A program made the position numbers and the translations under genes. Under the pieces are notes generated by a model. That model was given only the letters and a program-made list of their open reading frames with translations, searched no databases and was not told the DNA's origin. DNA of 62,943 bases, filler included, from Octopus bimaculoides (Eukaryota), in assembly GCF_001194135.2 (NCBI RefSeq). It is 7 parts of 6 records of this genome, joined end to end, with 100 filler letters (N's around TTAATTAATTAA, not from the genome) between each part and the next. Parts side by side here need not be neighbours in the genome. Positions count along the whole stretch, not along the records: positions 1 to 21,578 come from NC_068982.1; 6 more parts are not named here. One strand, written 5' to 3'. Below, piece after piece: positions 1-13,100 of this stretch; the first letter of the stretch is position 1, and the number at the start of each line of letters is the position of its first letter.

Positions 1-56
<56 letters not shown>

Positions 57-68
57 CATTATTATTAT
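1..68. repeat. (ATT)n microsatellite; forms the (TAA)n tail/flank of the adjacent minus-strand RLE LINE fragment
   Basis: Direct reading of the sequence. Confidence 0.95.
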
Positions 69-515
69 TATGGTTTGGCTCAGGTTCAGTCTTATTCCTG
101 GTAGGATTTATGTGGGTAGCGAGTTATTACCTGTAACCTTAGGTATCCACAAGTTCTTAGTAGTCTTTCAGGTGCTTAGAACCCTCCTGATAATCCTTTA
201 TGTTCCCAAGAGAAAATTTTCTGTAGGAGCTCTACCAGGCATTCTTTTTCAATCCCTTTCAACCATTTGTCTATATCTTGGTTCACTATTCCTAATGCAC
301 CAATTATAGGTACGACCTTTTCTGTTCGCATGCTCCAAATCCTTCCTATTTCATATTTTAAGGGATTGTATTTCTTTTGAGTTTTTTTCTGTTTTTCTTT
401 CTCTTTCTTTACGATCCTGGAATCAAACGGGTATGATGGGTCAATAAGTAAGCAATTTCGATTTTCTTTATCTACATTCGTTATATCTGGTCTATTATTT
501 TCTAACTTCTTGTCC
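69..515 (-). mobile_element. R4/Dong-like non-LTR retrotransposon 3' end (restriction-like endonuclease C-terminus plus 3' UTR), decayed
   Basis: ORF 176-649(-) contains NNRPDITNVDKENRNCLLIDPSYPFDSRIVKKEKEK...YNPLKYEIGRIWSMRTEKVVPIIGALG, the PD-(D/E)xK RLE pattern with GALG; TAA/CAA repeats on both sides. Confidence 0.8.
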
Positions 516-570
516 ATATTGTTATTATTACTATTGTTGTTGTTGTTGTTGTTATCCTTATTATTATTAA

Positions 571-772
571 GTCGGTGAGCTGGCAGAATCGTTAGCACGC
601 GGACAAAACGCTTAGTGGCATTCCGTCCATCTTTACGTTCTGAGTTCAAATTCCACCAAGATCGACTTCGCCCTTTGGAATCAATAAAATAAGTATCATT
701 TGAGCACTAGTGGTCAATGTAATCGACTTACACCCACCCTCGAACTTGCTGGCCTTGTGCCGAATTTGAAAT
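571..772 (+). mobile_element. tRNA-derived SINE, family B (GGCGGTGAGCTGGCAGAATCGTTAGC head; central block resembling the Meta domain)
   Basis: tRNA-like head, GAGTTCAAATTCC B-box; homologous copies elsewhere in the window; Meta-domain resemblance is from memory. Confidence 0.85.
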
Positions 773-1739
773 GATTATTATCATTATTACCCACTCTTAC
801 ACGCAAAAACACATACATTCCCACGCAACAAAGGCATTTATTTCAATCACTCTTATAAACAAACACATATACAGATATACTTTACTGCACTCCTGCTTCT
901 GTGCTAGAAATCCCAAAGTCCCGTCTCCTATGCCAATATGCTTCAAGTCTGAGACTCCTACATTGCTTTTGTTTGTTTTTTGTTTTGTTTTTTTGTCACC
1001 TTTTTTTCTTTTTCTTTCTTTTTTATTTATCTTGTCAAAGAACATCTATTCATAACATCAATATCTCTTCCTTTTCTTCTCAGCAATTTTGCACTCTTTT
1101 TCCCTATTTTCACCATCTTTTTGCTCGAATTTCACTCTGGTTATACACATAGCAGATCACGAAAGCAGATCACAGCCGATGCTGGGTTTATTGAAGGAAA
1201 TGTACGCTCCTAACTTAAACATTTAAAAAACGTGCGGAAATAACAAATAATGTCGACCAAATGACATATAAAACATTAAGACCCTAAATTTCGATATTTT
1301 TTAAATAATTAATAATATCTCTAGGAAATGAAGCAATACCTACTAAGTAACAGGAGCCACACTAAGTCCGTAACCTAAGAGCTGTGGTGTTATTTTAACA
1401 AAGAAGCGAGGTTCTCGTTGCTTTATAATACAAGGCAATGAATAAAGCGACCATATAAAACTGAGACTAGACAAGCAATATGGAGATACTATGTTTGAAA
1501 CCTTAAAATCTGCGTTACAACAGTTGAAAAAGGAACTCACAGTCACAGTCGAAACAGTTGAATTCAAAAACAAAACTTATTACAAATTTATTATTCTAAA
1601 AAATCATTTTGGTAAATATCCTAAAGTAGCTTGTAGTTTCAACTGAAACAACTCAATTTCAAAAGCCTGATCTAAATTGTTACAGAAAGTTTACCTGGGA
1701 AAGAAACGAAAAGGTTAGCAGGCTATAGATGGACGGGAG

Positions 1740-1779
<40 letters not shown>

Positions 1780-3439
1780 CGTGAACTCGAAATACATAGC
1801 GCAGCATAGAAACAGTCTGAAAGAATGTGACAAGCATAAAATAGACAGTCTCAGATATTATAATAGAGATTTTATCTCAATAAATGAGAAAAAGCATGGC
1901 AGCTGCATTAGATCTCAAATGGTTACCAAATCATAATTGACAGATCTAAACAAACTGGAGAAAAGAAGTAAATATGAAACCGNNNNNNNNNNNNNNNNNN
2001 NNNNNNNNNNNNNNNNNNNNNNNNNNNNNNNNNNNNNNNNNNNNNNNNNNNNNNNNNNNNNNNNNNNNNNNAGATAATAGTGAAAATGATTCAAGTATAA
2101 AACAATAGGGAACCGAAGACACTTGGCTGTATTGTAGCTTGACGATCAGGAAAACTTTTGATATTACATCACATGGGTGGATTGTCAAAGTTTTGCTGTT
2201 ATCCAAAGTCCCTAAACTAAGAAATATTTTTTATCCCTACACTATTGAGACGTGAGAACGGGAGTAAAGTCTAAAAATTAGATTTTAAAATGGCATAAAG
2301 TATAATCTGGTGTTATATATTACCGAACAGGCATCTTGTTAACATTGTTCTCTTTTTCTGTCACTAAACCCGGGATCTAGAAATATTTACTAGTTTTTTT
2401 TATTGTGAACAGCCCCAAACTCTCTGGGATGAATATTAAATGTCAAAAAGCAATTAGAATCGCTTAATCTAATATGCTACAAACATTGAGATTAACTTTG
2501 ATGCGTCTTAATGTGCATGTGCGGTAAAAAGTCGGCGAAAATCTTCATGCCAATAAAACTGTCTGGTATTAAAGTATTTTCAACTACAGAAGAACTACAG
2601 GTACCACGGAGATAGTGTAAATGTTGTTACATAAGAGAGAGCGTAAGCGGGGGGGGGGAGAATGGGTGAGAATCAGAAATGAATATTTCAAGAAACTGAA
2701 ATAACACACCCATCACTTCTGTTAGCCTCTATTATTCATATCAACACCATATTGCTGAACCTATTCTGAGTCTTGCATGTCATGTCTTTTCAAATGGTCA
2801 TTACAAAAACGTAGAAATATATACGAAATATCGGAAACACCATAGAGTTCCAAGAAATTTCAACAAATACGGAGGTATGGGTGTACATCTATAACCAAGT
2901 GAAAGAGAACTTAAATCATTATTTCCATAACATGAGATTCGGTTTATCAATTTATATCTCCAATAACAGCTGGGGAAACTATAAAGTCCTAAGATATTAC
3001 TAATGCTTACGAAGGAAAATGTGTTAAAAGATTGTGTTCCTTCAAAAGTCACTTTAACGTGTTAGTGGAGTGTCACTACTTACTGTATCACAATAATAGG
3101 GAACCAGATATCAAAATAAAATCTTGCTCGGAGAATAAAAGAAAACGGAGCCTAATAAATAAAAAATGCAAAATATATTTACGCGTAAAAATTCAAAACA
3201 GGTTTTATAGTATAAGGCTGTAGATATTATGGCCGAAAGTGAGATGAAATACAAAAGTGAAGTACAAATGGGAAGTTAAAACAAATGTTGACGTTTTAGC
3301 TTGTATTCCGATATTTCGTGGTTTGGACTTCTTCATCAGGATACGTGGTGAAGCGGGAGATGGATCGTTGCTTAACTATGTGGGAAAATGTACTGATATG
3401 TACAGACTGGTGTTGTTAGAATAGTTACCATAGTCAGAT

Positions 3440-3780
3440 TGAGTGTTACAACAACACTAGTCTGTGCATGTCAATACCCTTTCCCGAGGCTAACGTGAAA
3501 TCAATAAGAGAAACTATTTCAACAAGGAAATGGAAATGGCTGGGTTGGGTTTGTCGCTATAAACCGAACCCAATTGTCAGAATCGCTTTGCAATGGGTTC
3601 CACAGGGTAAAGGAAAACATGGCCAACCAAAGGAAACGTGGCGCAGAACAATAACAGAAAGTCTTGAAAGGAGAGAGGGTTAACAATGGAACAAGCTGTC
3701 AAGGACGCTTTCAGTGTTAGAAGATGGAACGATCTTGCTGTCGCCTCAAGTACCACAAGGCACAATGAGAACCGAATGAA

Positions 3781-3785
<5 letters not shown>
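3440..3785 (+). mobile_element. RTE-clade LINE 3' end
   Basis: RKWKWLGWVCRY...IVRIALQWVPQGKGKHGQPKETWRRTI resembles the RTE ORF C-terminus (W.GH..R...R.RGRP..TW); ends in GAAT GAAT GAAT followed by (TA)n. Confidence 0.8.
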
Positions 3786-3855
<70 letters not shown>

Positions 3856-3981
3856 ATTTCTGTGTCTGTTACCAACATAGTGCCTAAACCAGCGAACCGT
3901 TATTCACGAAATTTTCCATACATGTTACATTAATATCCAGTTCAATAATAGGCTACTGTCTAATGTAAAAAAAAAAAAGAA

Positions 3982-5200
3982 ACACAGCGTGGGAATATAG
4001 GAAGGCATTTGACTCAGTTCCTCATTCATGGCTGCTGAAGTGACTCCATTTGTCAATAATGCCTGCTACCTTAATTGCTGACATTGAAAAGCTCACAAAG
4101 ACATGGACAATAATTCTCACATTTGGAACGGAGATTGAAACGATCATCTCCAATACCATAAATATTTCAAAGGGAATATTCCAAGGAGAGAGTCTCATTG
4201 TAATTCTGTTCATTTTGGCGTTAAATCCTGTTACAAAAATCGAATGGTTACATGCTAAACTCTGCAATCGCTAGAGAAATTAATGTAACCCATGATTTCT
4301 TTGTGGATGACCTCAAGATTTATGCTAAAAATGTTTAAAATGTCAATAAACAGTTGGAATTAATAACATTTTCAGGTAACACAAGAATGTTCAGCTGCAC
4401 ATTCTTATGTCAAAAAGAGATGTTCATATTTGATTGTCGAATGGGGAAAATCAGTATCTCAGACACAAAATCTGGGCATCCTAGTCTCACCATCTCTCCC
4501 TGTTCCACACAAAGACTGCTGCAAGTACATTGGCATTGATGAAAATATATCTTATCAAGGTACTGTTAATAAAGATAGTGACCCAAGAATATTATACTGG
4601 ACGAAGAAAAATACGGCAGTCGGAACCCTCCTCTCACAACATGACATTATCCCACAACGCATTTTCAGTACCATTACTGATTCCAACATTTGGGATACTT
4701 CACTAGTCTAAAGAAGAAATCCACTCCATAGACATTAAAACCCACAAAATTTTGACGTTAACTGAAAATATCCTCTGAAATATTAATATCGACAGGCTGT
4801 AACCTAACAAGGAATAAAGGAGGTAGGGGCTTGAGATCAATGCCACGGCCTTCGGATGTCACATAGTTTCTCTCAGACAACACTTGATAGAAAACAGCAG
4901 CAAAAATAAATACATTTAGTGCTGAAAAGTGAAGGAAACAATATCCTACTTGTAAGAAGTACTCTCCCCTTGATGACCTCCTGTGCAACACAAAACCAGT
5001 CACACAAACACACTTCAAAGAAAACCTGGAAAGGAAACGCTCAGCAAACCAAAAAAAAAAAAGAAAAAAAAGAAGGCCACGCATGCGTATGTTTCTCGAA
5101 GACTCGAAAAAGACAGTAACATTAACATGAAACGAAGCCTCTCTTGGACTCATGACCACTGCATCACACTTCGAAAGCTGCGCATTTGCATTCTTATTTA
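3982..5200 (+). mobile_element. R4/Dong-like reverse transcriptase pseudogene fragment
   Basis: Ordered RT motifs across frameshifts: WEYRKAFDSVPHSW, GIFQGESL..ILFILALNP, FFVDDLKIY, CKYIGIDEN, DRL-LTRNKGGRGLRS. Confidence 0.85.
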
Positions 5201-6390
5201 GAATTTATTCATACATATAGAACTTTGCAAGCAGTTGTGTATATTTAACTGTGTCCAGGATTGCTTTTAGTGGTTAACAAAAGAGATCTGGGTAAATCTA
5301 ATCTTTTGCTTTCATAGTGTAAATGTCCAAAAGTTCAAAGTTTTGTCCTGCATTTAAAAACTTAGAAATTAGGTGTTTTAACATTTTTATCATGGAATTT
5401 TTTTAAGAATGAAAGTAGGTAATATGTTTTGGCTGGTAAGTTTCTTTAATTCTTGTTATTTAGGATATTTCCTGTTTGTATTTGAAAGGTGGAGTTTATT
5501 GGTCAGGCATATCATGGTATCGTTAGCATATAGCTCTGTATATCTTGTGCTTGTTTGTCTTGCACTTCTTACCCATGTTTCTATCTTTTCTCCATTTACA
5601 TACCTACTCTTTGCATCCTTTTAATCTCTTTTTACCGTTTTCTACGCTTATTTTCCTTTCAACAGTTTTTGTCTCTGCAAACCATACACACACACTGACA
5701 CTCTCTTTTTCTCGACTGTACTCTTTCCTTTTGTCTCTCCCTTAAGGCTTTGCAAGGTTTTCTTCATCTTTTTAAAGCTACCTTATTTTTTACGTGACCA
5801 TTCTACGGTCAGTAGGTGTCTTTTGCTAGTTCTTGGTTTGTCTATTTTACGATTTTAACGTTTTCCTAAAGCCGAAAAGCTCTCTATCTTTCCTGTTACT
5901 GAAACTTCGTACAACACATCATATTTTTGACCACCAAGTCGAAATAATTTCTATGCTTAAGCATATTTCTTTGAGTGGTTTGTATTTTTTCTGTTAATGG
6001 CCTTGTCTGTATGTTTGTTTCCATTTATAATTTTTCCTGTTCTCACAACTCGTCTTTATATTTTAGTCTACAAACCTTATCGTTTCTATCTTTCAACATT
6101 CTCCTGTCCTTGTTTGTCTATTCTATCCATTCACTGAGTGTACTCCGATCAGCTTATATTGCCGGTACCACCAAACAGAACAATAATGTCAGAAGTGTCA
6201 AAATTGTGATGTTATTTGGTGGACATAAGATGAGGGCATGAGATTATGTGTCCCTTAGGTATCTTTTCTATTTTTTTACCGTATATTCCTTTGTCGTCCT
6301 TCTGTGCCACATTTTCCTATTGTATATAAACATACATTAGATGAGACTTGAGTAGAATGTCAGTTTTTATATAATATACATGCAAAAATA

Positions 6391-6506
6391 TTAGGTCGTC
6401 AAGTATGAAACTTTTAGAGAAGAAAAAAGTTTGCTAATGGCACAAAATGAGCAGCTGTCAAAGTTTACCATATACCTCACTACAAATTTCATACTTGACG
6501 ACCTAA
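6391..6506. mobile_element. mariner-type MITE (116 bp, perfect TIRs, TA target duplication)
   Basis: TTAGGTCGTCAAGTATGAAA (6391-6410) is the exact reverse complement of 6487-6506; TA on both sides. Confidence 0.8.
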
Positions 6507-7045
6507 TATGTATATGTTTGTGAGTGGAGGTGTTTAACTGAATAAACTGTGAGAGGCGTTACAGCGTCGAATAAAATGTTTGTGCTTACTCGCATTCGCT
6601 CCGGATTTAACTTTGTTTCAATTTTCTGGGGTTAATGAATAAAGTGTCATTCAACTCGAATTTCCATTGTGTATGACTTGTCAGTCTTTTGTGCATGGAA
6701 GAAAGGTATCACACACAGCCATATAATTCTCCAGAAATATATAAGGGTTTAGATTTTAGATTAGGGCAACTGTCTTGCACTTAGACGAATGAGCTTTACA
6801 AAATGAGAAGGAAATGACGATTCGTATGTATGTACAGATGTATATGTTTTGTTTTATGTATGTATTCTCATGCCTATAGTTGCATATCTAGACATACTCA
6901 TATATATTTAAATGATAAACTTCTGGAAAGTTTGNNNNNNNNNNNNNNNNNNNNNNNNNNNNNNNNNNNNNNNNNNNNNNNNNNNNNNNNNNNNNNNNNN
7001 NNNNNNNNNNNNNNNNNNNNNNNNNNNNNNNNNNNNNNNNNNNNN

Positions 7046-7426
7046 CTTAGACGAATGAGCTTTACAAAATGAGAAGGAAATGACGATTCGTATGTATGTA
7101 CAGATGTATATGTTTTGTTTTATGTATGTATTCTCATGCCTATAGTTGCATATCTAGACATACTCATATATATTTAAATGATAAACTTCTGGAAAGTTTG
7201 ACAGAATTTTACAGTTCCAGTGATAGATTGGATTTGTAGTCTTTGAATTAGCTTTCTCCTTTCTGGTTTTGAGAAGCCTAATTTCTCAAGACTGGTATTT
7301 AGGCAGTGTGTTATATATCCCAAGGCCCCGAAATTACAGGTATAAACCTGAACTTGTAATCTTGATAAACTGCAGATTTCTCAATAGTTCAGCGAAGATA
7401 TTCTCTTTTTCACTGATCTTCAACTG
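7046..7426 (-). mobile_element. R4/Dong-like LINE 3' end, (ATAC)n-associated family, copy 1
   Basis: Minus strand reads [13 protein letters not shown]...RRKLIQRLQIQSITGTVKFCQTFQKFII*; homologous to 19778-20035 and 54700-55490. Confidence 0.85.
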
Positions 7427-7443
7427 TATGTATGTATTGAAAA

Positions 7444-7545
<102 letters not shown>

Positions 7546-7676
7546 CGTAGACACAGATAGAGAGAGAAAGAGAATATTAATAAGCAGAAAAGCATAAATT
7601 TCTCATACGATTCATAATTCAATTGTTCTCTACAACAGTTTCAACAGAATAAAATCAGGATTTATATAATTACGTT

Positions 7677-8080
7677 AGGAGTGGCTGTGTGGTAAGTAGC
7701 TTGCTTACCAACCACATGGTTCTGGGTTCAGTCCCACTGCGTGGCATCTTGGGCAAGTGTCTTCTACTATAGCCTCGGGCCGACCAAAGCCTTGTGAGTG
7801 GATTTGGTAGGCGGAAACTGAAAGAAGCCCGTCGTATATATATATGTATATATATATATGTATATATATGTATGTGTGTTTGTGTGTCTGTGTTTGTCCC
7901 CCCAACATCGCTTGACAACCGATGCTGGTGTGTTTATGTCCCCGTAACCTAGCGGTTCGGCAAAAGAGACCGATAGAATAACTACTAGGCTTCTAAAGAA
8001 TAAGTCCTGGGGTCGATTTGCTCGACTAAAGGCGGTGCTCCAGCATGGCCACAGTCAAAAGACTGAAACAAGTAAAAGAG
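7677..8080 (+). mobile_element. tRNA-derived SINE, family A, full length (GGAGTGGCTGTGTGGTAAG head, internal TA/TG microsatellite, GTAAAAGAG tail)
   Basis: GGGTTCAGTCCC B-box-like motif; several homologous copies in the window; resembles octopus tRNA-derived SINEs. Confidence 0.9.
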
Positions 8081-9077
8081 TAATTAATCAATCTAAAAGT
8101 GATAGGATACATATTTCCTTAGGAGAAAAAAATGACAAAATGAGCAGCCAAACATACCTAAATTGTGTATGCTAATTACGTAATTATATAAATTCTGATG
8201 ATGTTATGCTATTTACACTGCCATAGAAAACACATAACATATGAGCCACATCTGTAATTTTTGCCTTTCTGGGCTTTTTTTAAAAAGTTTTTTTCGCCAT
8301 TCTAAACATTTTTTCTCTCTGAATTATCATATTGGCTGATTCTGGAGATACACGCAGATTTATACACCACCAATGTCTATTGCATTGTAATAATGTATTG
8401 GATTTTAACGATGTGTTAATAACTGAGTTCTTAAATACCATGGATATATTTTATTATATTTATACATCAACCAAGTATACATACATGTATTGTAAACTGA
8501 AAACTTCTCTCCGGGAATCACACATCCGACTCCCGGCTGCTGATGAAAGCCAGATCAAAGATGGCAAGTAAATATTCTAAATAAAAGAAAACGGGAAATT
8601 CGTGGAATATTTGAATTCGAAAGTTGGATTGCATATGCAAGGTGGTAGAATTAAGTTGTTGATATATAAACTACTTCTGCTTTATGATACATAAATATTG
8701 GAAATTAATATAGAAAATGTCGTGAAAAGGATTACACGGGGGAAAATTTCTATGAAAAAGTTTTCCTGAGAATATATTTCCAGGAAAAAACTGCTTGAAG
8801 TTGGGATTATAGGAGTCAAATAATCGATAATATATAGACAGAAAACATTGAAACGCTGGAAAGAATTTTCGAATGAAAAATAGAAAATATGGAAAATACG
8901 TCCACTGGAAGATTTGACTGGGATAAATCCTCGTGCGTCGTTGACTTTTTCACACATATTTCTATGTACAGAGATGCACATTCTTATACGTACGCACTAC
9001 ATTATGAGGGGACACACACAGGGGGCTACACAAGGGGCTACACACAGAGGGGACAAACAAAGACAGACAAACGGATT

Positions 9078-9211
9078 AAGTAGATTATATCGACCCCAGT
9101 GCGTAACTGGTACTTATTTAATCGACCCCGAAAGGATGAAAGGCAAAGTCGACCTCGGCAGACGAAATACCGCTAAGCATTTCGCCCGGCGTGCTAACGT
9201 TTCTGCCAGCT
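9078..9211 (-). mobile_element. SINE family B copy with internal deletion
   Basis: Reverse complement matches 571-772; lacks the B-box segment. Confidence 0.85.
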
Positions 9212-9269
9212 TGTGTGTGTGTGTGTTTGTGTCAGTCCGGATACATAACTCTATTTAGATAGACGTGCC

Positions 9270-9321
<52 letters not shown>

Positions 9322-10671
9322 CGCGTGTGCGCGTGCCTGTGTGTGCGTGTGCGTGCGTGTGTGTGTGATTCGAAACTAGACTAGTATAGCAATCTCGGTG
9401 TGGGCTGGTGATCTCCCGCCACCGAATGGAACTGTACTTCCTTTGCGGCTTTAATCCTGGGCCACAATCAATGTGAGGCAGTATATGACAACGCTGGATC
9501 CTTGATTACATCCGTAATTTCACTCATATTCAACATCATAACTTGATTCTACTCGAAGCTTTACTGAGAAAACAATTTTCACGAAACTGGCCCACGTTGG
9601 GATCAAACCCAGAATCCCTTGATTGCAACTCGAACATATCCACACACATAGACCTACACACAAACACATACGTAAACTCGAATGCCTCCACATATACGTA
9701 ATATGTGCATGTATCTGTGTATCATGTATGTATATGTATATATACATAGATATACACATGTATACATATATCTATGTATGTATGAATATATATATGGATA
9801 AATTCAAATCTCTTTCAGGGATATATAATTGTGAACAAAAGTCATCGTTGCTGTGATGGCTACATCGTGGTAGGTTGATTCTTGTTTATTTTTATATATC
9901 TTAACCATACGTGTACTGATGAACAAAAGAATACAGGTTACTTCACAGTTTTTTCTGTATTTGATTGAGAAACCAGTGGTCTACCGTTGAGTTAAATGTT
10001 TTTAAGAGATAAATTTTGAAAAGCTGCATTCCCTCGCTTTCGGTAAATATGTTGCTTATTTTTGGTAGTTTTTTTTACTTATTTAGTCCCTCGATAGCGT
10101 GAGGCATTAATACACAGTTAATGCCCTTTATATATAATTAAATATATCTATGAAGNNNNNNNNNNNNNNNNNNNNNNNNNNNNNNNNNNNNNNNNNNNNN
10201 NNNNNNNNNNNNNNNNNNNNNNNNNNNNNNNNNNNNNNNNNNNNNNNNNNNNNNNNNNNNNNNNNNNNNNNNNNNNNNNNNNNNNNNNNNNNNNNNNNNN
10301 NNNNNNNNNNNNNNNNNNNNNNNNNNNNNNNNNNNNNNNNNNNNNNNNNNNNNNNNNNNNNNNNNNNNNNNNNNNNNNNNNNNNNNNNNNNNNNNNNNNN
10401 NNNNNNNNNNNNNNNNNNNNNNNNNNNNNNNNNNNNNNNNNNNNNNNNNNNNNNNNNNNNNNNNNNNNNNNNNNNNNNNNNNNNNNNNNNNNNNNNNNNN
10501 NNNNNNNNNNNNNNNNNNNNNNNNNNNNNNNNNNNNNNNNNNNNNNNNNNNNNNNNNNNNNNNNNNNNNNNNNNNNNNNNNNNNNNNNNNNNNNNNNNNN
10601 NNNNNNNNNNNNNNNNNNNNNNNNNNNNNNNNNNNNNNNNNNNNNNNNNNNNNNNNNNNNNNNNNNNNNNN

Positions 10672-10707
<36 letters not shown>

Positions 10708-11574
10708 TGCATTACTCTCTTTCCGTCAAAGAACACCCTCCAACTAGCGTGTTTTCAGTGTTGGTATCTTCGCGTATTGATTTATATGGTTTTAGATATG
10801 TCTCTTTGTTTACTTGCCTGAACATCATTAAACACGAATTCAAATTTTTACTGTAATATACATCTTAACATATTTTTATATTCATTTCACATGGTTGTGT
10901 GCGTAGTACAAATATAACTCACAGACAAGTGCCTGTTTGTGTATGTATACCTGAACATGATTTCATTTTAGTACGTGTCTAGAAAACAATATTTGAATGT
11001 GTGCCTAAAGACATTTATATTTGTTGCATATATATGAGGTTATGAATGTAAGTGAGTATGCACGTGCACACACATACATATATATTATATATATCAAATG
11101 GATGTGTTAAAATACTATTCCCCACATACAATAACAGCCATACCAACAATCCGACATACCTCCATCATCAGCTGTCCCACGAATATCACTATGGTTTCGA
11201 TACCTGGGCAGTACCATTCAATCCGGCCGTGTCAACAACACTAAAATAAGTGTTGTTGTTTGGGAAAAAACATACCTTAGATATCACCACATTCATTCAA
11301 CCTTAATTCTAGGAAGGATAAAACACTAACTTAATTAATTAAACTACAAAAAAGAAACACATTTACCCTATGTACAACAGTATCAGTAAGTAATTTTTTT
11401 CTGAGTAAGAATATATCAGTTGGCATGCATGTTTTACCTTCCACTACCGTCCGAATATCGGAATCGTGAAACTCGGATTTACGGTTACTGAAATTTTTAT
11501 GCCTGGAATACAATAAAAAATATATCTCTCGTATTCAGTACACTTCATTCTCAATGAATTTGCAATCAATTTAC

Positions 11575-11640
<66 letters not shown>

Positions 11641-11844
11641 TAGGTATACAGTACGTATCACATCAATGTTATAATATTTAATTCTTTAAAAGTTATTAAC
11701 ACATTAAATTAATATGTTTAGTGTCATTAGTCATAATGATACATTTATCATAAATATAATAATACTTCTTTCGTAACTTTTAGTTTTTTTTTTTTTTTTT
11801 GATAAAGATAAATGAGTATTGTTCGTGTTTTCTTTTTTCAGAAC

Positions 11845-11870
11845 TGTATACCCACTTTTGCACCACCCTG
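11845..11870 (-). mobile_element. Solitary Tc1/mariner-like terminal inverted repeat
   Basis: Reverse complement reads TA-CAGGGTGGTGCAAAAG, a Tc1/mariner-like terminus; no partner TIR found. Confidence 0.4.
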
Positions 11871-12779
11871 TATATAAACGTAGATAGATATTTATAACTA
11901 TTTATATATTGTTAAATATAAATGTCGTAAATATATAAGAAGAACGAATATTCGAACAGTGATTGAATAAAGAACTTGGTAAATGTGTAGAGCCGAATGA
12001 ATTATATGATTTTATTGTTAGTAGTTGAAAATTTTCATTAGTATTGTTAGTAACATCATATCTGAGTGTATCTGTATGTAGGCCTGTCTTGTGTACGCTC
12101 GTGCATGTTTATATACATGTGTACGCGCGCGCATACACGCATATCACCAAAAAATATATAATATTTAGTGAATCCATACTGAGACAGTTTCAAAAATGTT
12201 TGATTGTTCAAAGATTACAAAAATTGATTAATTTTCTGCCAATAACAGACTAATAATGTTAACCTTAATTCTTTATATGGAATAAAATCTAAACCATCGT
12301 TTCTAGACTTTATTCAAAATGTCCCTGTAAAATTTTAAAAGATTAGTATTTTTTCTTTTTTTTTTTTTCCTTGTTTGTAGTATTTATCTCGACCGGCTTA
12401 TAGTGTTAACGTCTCGATATGAAGAGCCTCCTCTTATCAGGCTGCGTTGTGTTTCATAGCCAACGATTTAATCCAATTTACCACCCCAACTGAAGCGAAA
12501 AATGTTTGCCATGATATTGTAAACTTTCAAATACCACTGAGCTTGTGTTTAAAGTGTGCAATATCTTAAGATAGTTACATTTTCAACTGTTTGAAAATGT
12601 GGAAGCCGAAAATAATAACCGATGACAAAAAGTGATTAAAAGCCAAGATCTAGAGGTTTTCTTGTTATGTTGATATTATGAGAGGTCGCAGTGCTATTTG
12701 AGTGTTCAATGTTTTCAGGCGGTGCCAATAATCCAGATCAGTTATGCCTTTTCTTTTTTTTTAGTGGTTCCCCTATGTA

Positions 12780-13100
12780 GGGGGACTCAATTCTCGTAAT
12801 GTTTTGTTTATTTTGAGAGACCACGGGTCGCAAGAGTATTCTTAGTATGGCTGTACAAAGAAGGGAAAGAGGGAAATTATGACATATTGCTCTCTGGACC
12901 GGAAGGTTCCGAGGATCCAGGAGCTCATCCTGTGCGCCATATCAACTTTATTGTTGATGTGGGGGGCACTCCAACCGAGACTGTTGTCGAGTATATTCTT
13001 GAACTTTTTCATGGAGTTCATCTAATCTCTGACATGATGTATGATTTTATGTGTGTAAAGAATAATTTCCTAATGATTTATTTCTTCCGTTTCAAAGACA
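12780..13100 (-). mobile_element. CR1/L2/Jockey-type LINE RT C-terminal fragment
   Basis: Minus strand reads ILDNSLGWSAPHINNKVDMAHRMSSWILGTFRSRE, matching the D..L.F..HI...V..A.RM...I.RTF..R pattern; may extend to about 13470. Confidence 0.7.

Noticed and set aside
2801-3052. Hydrophobic, GPCR-looking minus-strand ORF
   Set aside because: No real GPCR motifs; hydrophobicity arises from reading the reverse of A-rich DNA, possibly a decayed TE.
3290-3345. Minus-strand CTGATGAAG...CGAAATATC, a possible hammerhead
   Set aside because: Helix II does not pair and helix I needs bulges; at best a very decayed PLE remnant.
6780-7200. 155-bp exact direct repeat either side of a gap (6780-6934 = 7046-7200)
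   Set aside because: Identical contig ends flanking Ns: almost certainly an unmerged overlap, not a tandem duplication.
8501-8575. Hairpin plus CTGATGA plus small stem resembling a type-III hammerhead
   Set aside because: No GAAA after helix II, and a 3-nt gap separates the hairpin from the core.
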